Part shown: one piece after another, positions 61,829 through 64,000 of the stretch | Position numbering within the stretch: position 1 is the first letter of the stretch | Layout of the letters: every line of letters starts with the position of its first letter | Origin: Halocafeteria seosinensis | Lineage: Eukaryota | Assembly (NCBI GenBank): GCA_001687465.1 | Contig: LVLI01000109.1 | Location: forward strand, 1 to 64,000 | Length of the DNA stretch: 64,000 nt | Direction of reading: 5' to 3' | The notes under the pieces: generated by a model | Databases searched by the model: none | Seen by the model: only the letters and a program-made list of their open reading frames with translations | What the model was told of the DNA's origin: nothing | Position numbers and translations under genes: made by a program

Positions 61829-64000
61829 CTAAATCATTTTGTAAATTAAATTTATATTACCGTTAGGGTACCACCGATTATCAATCAAACCACCATCTGT
61901 GGTAGACCAATTAGGAGACCACGTCTTTTCAAACTTAGTTTGAATGATATCAAAATGCTCCACTCCTTTAGTCTTTTGTTCTTTTGAAGGTTTTAAATTA
62001 ACCTTTTTTAAATGTGGGTTTGAATCTGTAATCACTGTTTCCTGTTCGTGTTCATAGATATCTCCAAATTGTTTAAGCAAATCTTTGGGTATACCCTTAC
62101 ATTTTAAATCATCGCAAATATTCCCGAACTTGTCTATATAAATATAGAAATAATTCTTAGGACTGTAATTTCCTTCACACAGAATCTTACCACCGTCATC
62201 AATGTCATTACTCAAACATCCAAGACCTGTATCAAACCAGTATTTACCATTGGTGGGATTAATCTTGTTTTCTAGTCTTGGTAAAAGTGATGAATGGATA
62301 TGTGCCGAGTCTGTATCTGTATAACTAAATGTGTGTTCGGTTAGAGTTGGATCTAAAGCCTCAAACAGATTTAACATAATTCTCCTACTGTAAGAGAGAA
62401 GAAACATTCCTACGTGAATAGGTTTATTATTAATAGTATCATCATCGTCTTCTTTGGTTCCTGTTACAGCTATCCCGTGGTTCATAACAATTATATCATT
62501 AATGTATTTATGGTCTCTCCAAAATCCAATAAAGGAATTGTAGTCATTACAAATTTCTGTTTCAGAATATCTTGGCTTTTGTAAAGTTTTACCAAATAAA
62601 CTATTTAAAAAGAGCTTCGCACAAGCTCGGATACTTTTATTATAGTTAGAATCTCCATTTTCTTTATATACATCTTGTTCGGCTTTAACACGGAAAAACA
62701 TATCTACATAATCCTTAAAAATATAATCCCCTGTTTTCCATTCATAACCTTCGTGAATTCTAGTTATTTCGTATCCATGTTTTATAGCATGTTCTAAATC
62801 AATATGTGTGTACCATTCTTGAGATATATTTTTGATATTCCATTGTACACCTATTCTTTGGTTCAAATGATTATATTTAGGACTAGGAACCGGTGAAATA
62901 ACTAAATCACGATTATGATTAACCATATCCACTTTTAAAAGATAGAATTTATCTAAAGTCTGTCTAGCATTTAACTTTTTCTTTACATCTTCAAATTCTT
63001 CCATTTTTTCAGGTTCTCCCATAGGATACTGATAATAGTACATAGCTGTCGGATATAATGACGTAATATCACCATTAAAAATATAATCTTCTGTATTCTT
63101 ATATAATTGACGAGCTTGATGCTGAAAATAAATACCTTCCATTCCTTTATTCCTGTTTAGTTTCTGTTCATCATAAATTAATTTAGCACCCCTAAAAGAT
63201 AAACTCATATAATGCTTTTTCATAGGATAGGTTCTGCCTCCATAAGTAGCTTTCCGACAATCTTCTAACAATTTCTTTTCTTTAGGAATATGAACCAATT
63301 TTTCAGTCTCTCTTCCTTCAATAGTAGGTTTTTTATTTTGTGATTTATCAAATACCCTTCGGTTAATATCATCAGCAAACTGTGGTAAAGTACAAAAATC
63401 TAAAGGTTCATACTTTTCAAGATAATCCAATTCTTCTTTCCCGAAAATATCCGAAATAGCTTGTCTATATTTCATTACTAATTCAGCTAATCCCATAACA
63501 TCTTTCTCTAGATAAGGTCCCCATTCAGGTTCATATTTTTCTACATCATCCCATGTTTTGATTTTAGAATGCTCAAAATCCCCTTTACTAACCTCACAGT
63601 TAAAATCTTTCAAGGCTTTCTTTAAACTCCCTCCTACATGATTGTTAATATCCCAGAAAACTAAATTATTTTCTTCAATCTTCATACTTAAAATTCTCCC
63701 ATTATTCAGAATAATATCTTTCATTTTTACACCCTTTTCTTGTAGTTTAGATAAAATAAAATGAAAATCAAAACCTGAACCATTAAAAGCCACCGCATAT
63801 TGAGGTTTGGTGTAAGTTTTTTCTTTCATCACTCCTTTTTCCTTCCCTTTATAGGTTCGTGTTATTTTAGGAATATTAATTAAATAATCCACAAAAGCAT
63901 CCAAACAATTCTCTCCTTTAAATCTTTGTCTAGTCTCTGGATTCCTACCTTGTACAATATCACCCGCATAGACACGATGAATTAACTGATTTTCTGGGAA
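61829..64000 (-). CDS. Protein-primed family B DNA polymerase (pPolB), 5'-partial
   Basis: ExoII 'FNGSGFDFHFI', ExoIII 'YLEKDV', 'YGGRT', motif A 'DITSLYP', motif B 'KLFLNSLFGK', motif C 'YTDTDS', 'PKNY', 'KCKGI'; the frame stays open to the window edge. Confidence 0.92.
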   Translation of the reverse strand, partial: FPENQLIHRVYAGDIVQGRNPETRQRFKGENCLDAFVDYLINIPKITRTYKGKEKGVMKEKTYTKPQYAVAFNGSGFDFHFILSKLQEKGVKMKDIILNNGRILSMKIEENNLVFWDINNHVGGSLKKALKDFNCEVSKGDFEHSKIKTWDDVEKYEPEWGPYLEKDVMGLAELVMKYRQAISDIFGKEELDYLEKYEPLDFCTLPQFADDINRRVFDKSQNKKPTIEGRETEKLVHIPKEKKLLEDCRKATYGGRTYPMKKHYMSLSFRGAKLIYDEQKLNRNKGMEGIYFQHQARQLYKNTEDYIFNGDITSLYPTAMYYYQYPMGEPEKMEEFEDVKKKLNARQTLDKFYLLKVDMVNHNRDLVISPVPSPKYNHLNQRIGVQWNIKNISQEWYTHIDLEHAIKHGYEITRIHEGYEWKTGDYIFKDYVDMFFRVKAEQDVYKENGDSNYNKSIRACAKLFLNSLFGKTLQKPRYSETEICNDYNSFIGFWRDHKYINDIIVMNHGIAVTGTKEDDDDTINNKPIHVGMFLLSYSRRIMLNLFEALDPTLTEHTFSYTDTDSAHIHSSLLPRLENKINPTNGKYWFDTGLGCLSNDIDDGGKILCEGNYSPKNYFYIYIDKFGNICDDLKCKGIPKDLLKQFGDIYEHEQETVITDSNPHLKKVNLKPSKEQKTKGVEHFDIIQTKFEKTWSPNWSTTDGGLIDNRWYPNGNINLIYKMI

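Larger units (their letters stand above)
57012..64000. mobile_element. Endogenous Polinton-like virus/virophage-type element B (continues beyond window)
   Basis: pPolB, GIY-YIG, protease, basic proteins and tRNA; no R1/R2/R3 repeats; begins with a long hairpin. Confidence 0.75.

Noticed and set aside
44046..64000. Bacterial prophage, contaminant or organellar insertion
   Set aside because: No Shine-Dalgarno pattern or phage head/terminase genes; RING, ankyrin-like, adenain and pPolB genes plus giant-virus-type promoters point to a eukaryotic virus-like element.

Overview
The window has two compartments. Positions ~1-44,040 are gene-dense nuclear DNA of a unicellular eukaryote (balanced GC, short GT-AG introns). 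It encodes a DENN protein, a WW/J-domain protein, glycine dehydrogenase, a TPR protein, a rhodanese/MPST, MAM33, an Apaf-1-like NB-ARC+WD40 protein, a MAP3K, SHQ1 and a GLUG-repeat surface protein with a decayed paralog. From ~44,046 to the window end the DNA is abruptly AT-rich, intronless and virus-like, consistent with endogenous Polinton-like virus/virophage DNA. It appears to be two related elements. Element A (~44,046-57,011) starts at an AT-rich bulged palindrome, and almost every gene is bracketed by a family of covarying bulged-hairpin repeats. It carries a 2OG-Fe(II) oxygenase-FkbM methyltransferase fusion, a broken C5-cytosine MTase, a GIY-YIG nuclease, an adenain-like protease, small basic GG-motif proteins, fibre/spike proteins, a lipase and a nucleotidyltransferase. 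Element B (~57,012->64,000) starts at a ~206-bp imperfect hairpin that interrupts A's last gene. It lacks A's repeats, carries paralogs of six A genes, a tRNA-His with encoded G-1, and a protein-primed family B DNA polymerase that runs off the window. I could not recognise a capsid, packaging ATPase or integrase gene in the window. All calls are by eye from motifs; no searches were run.
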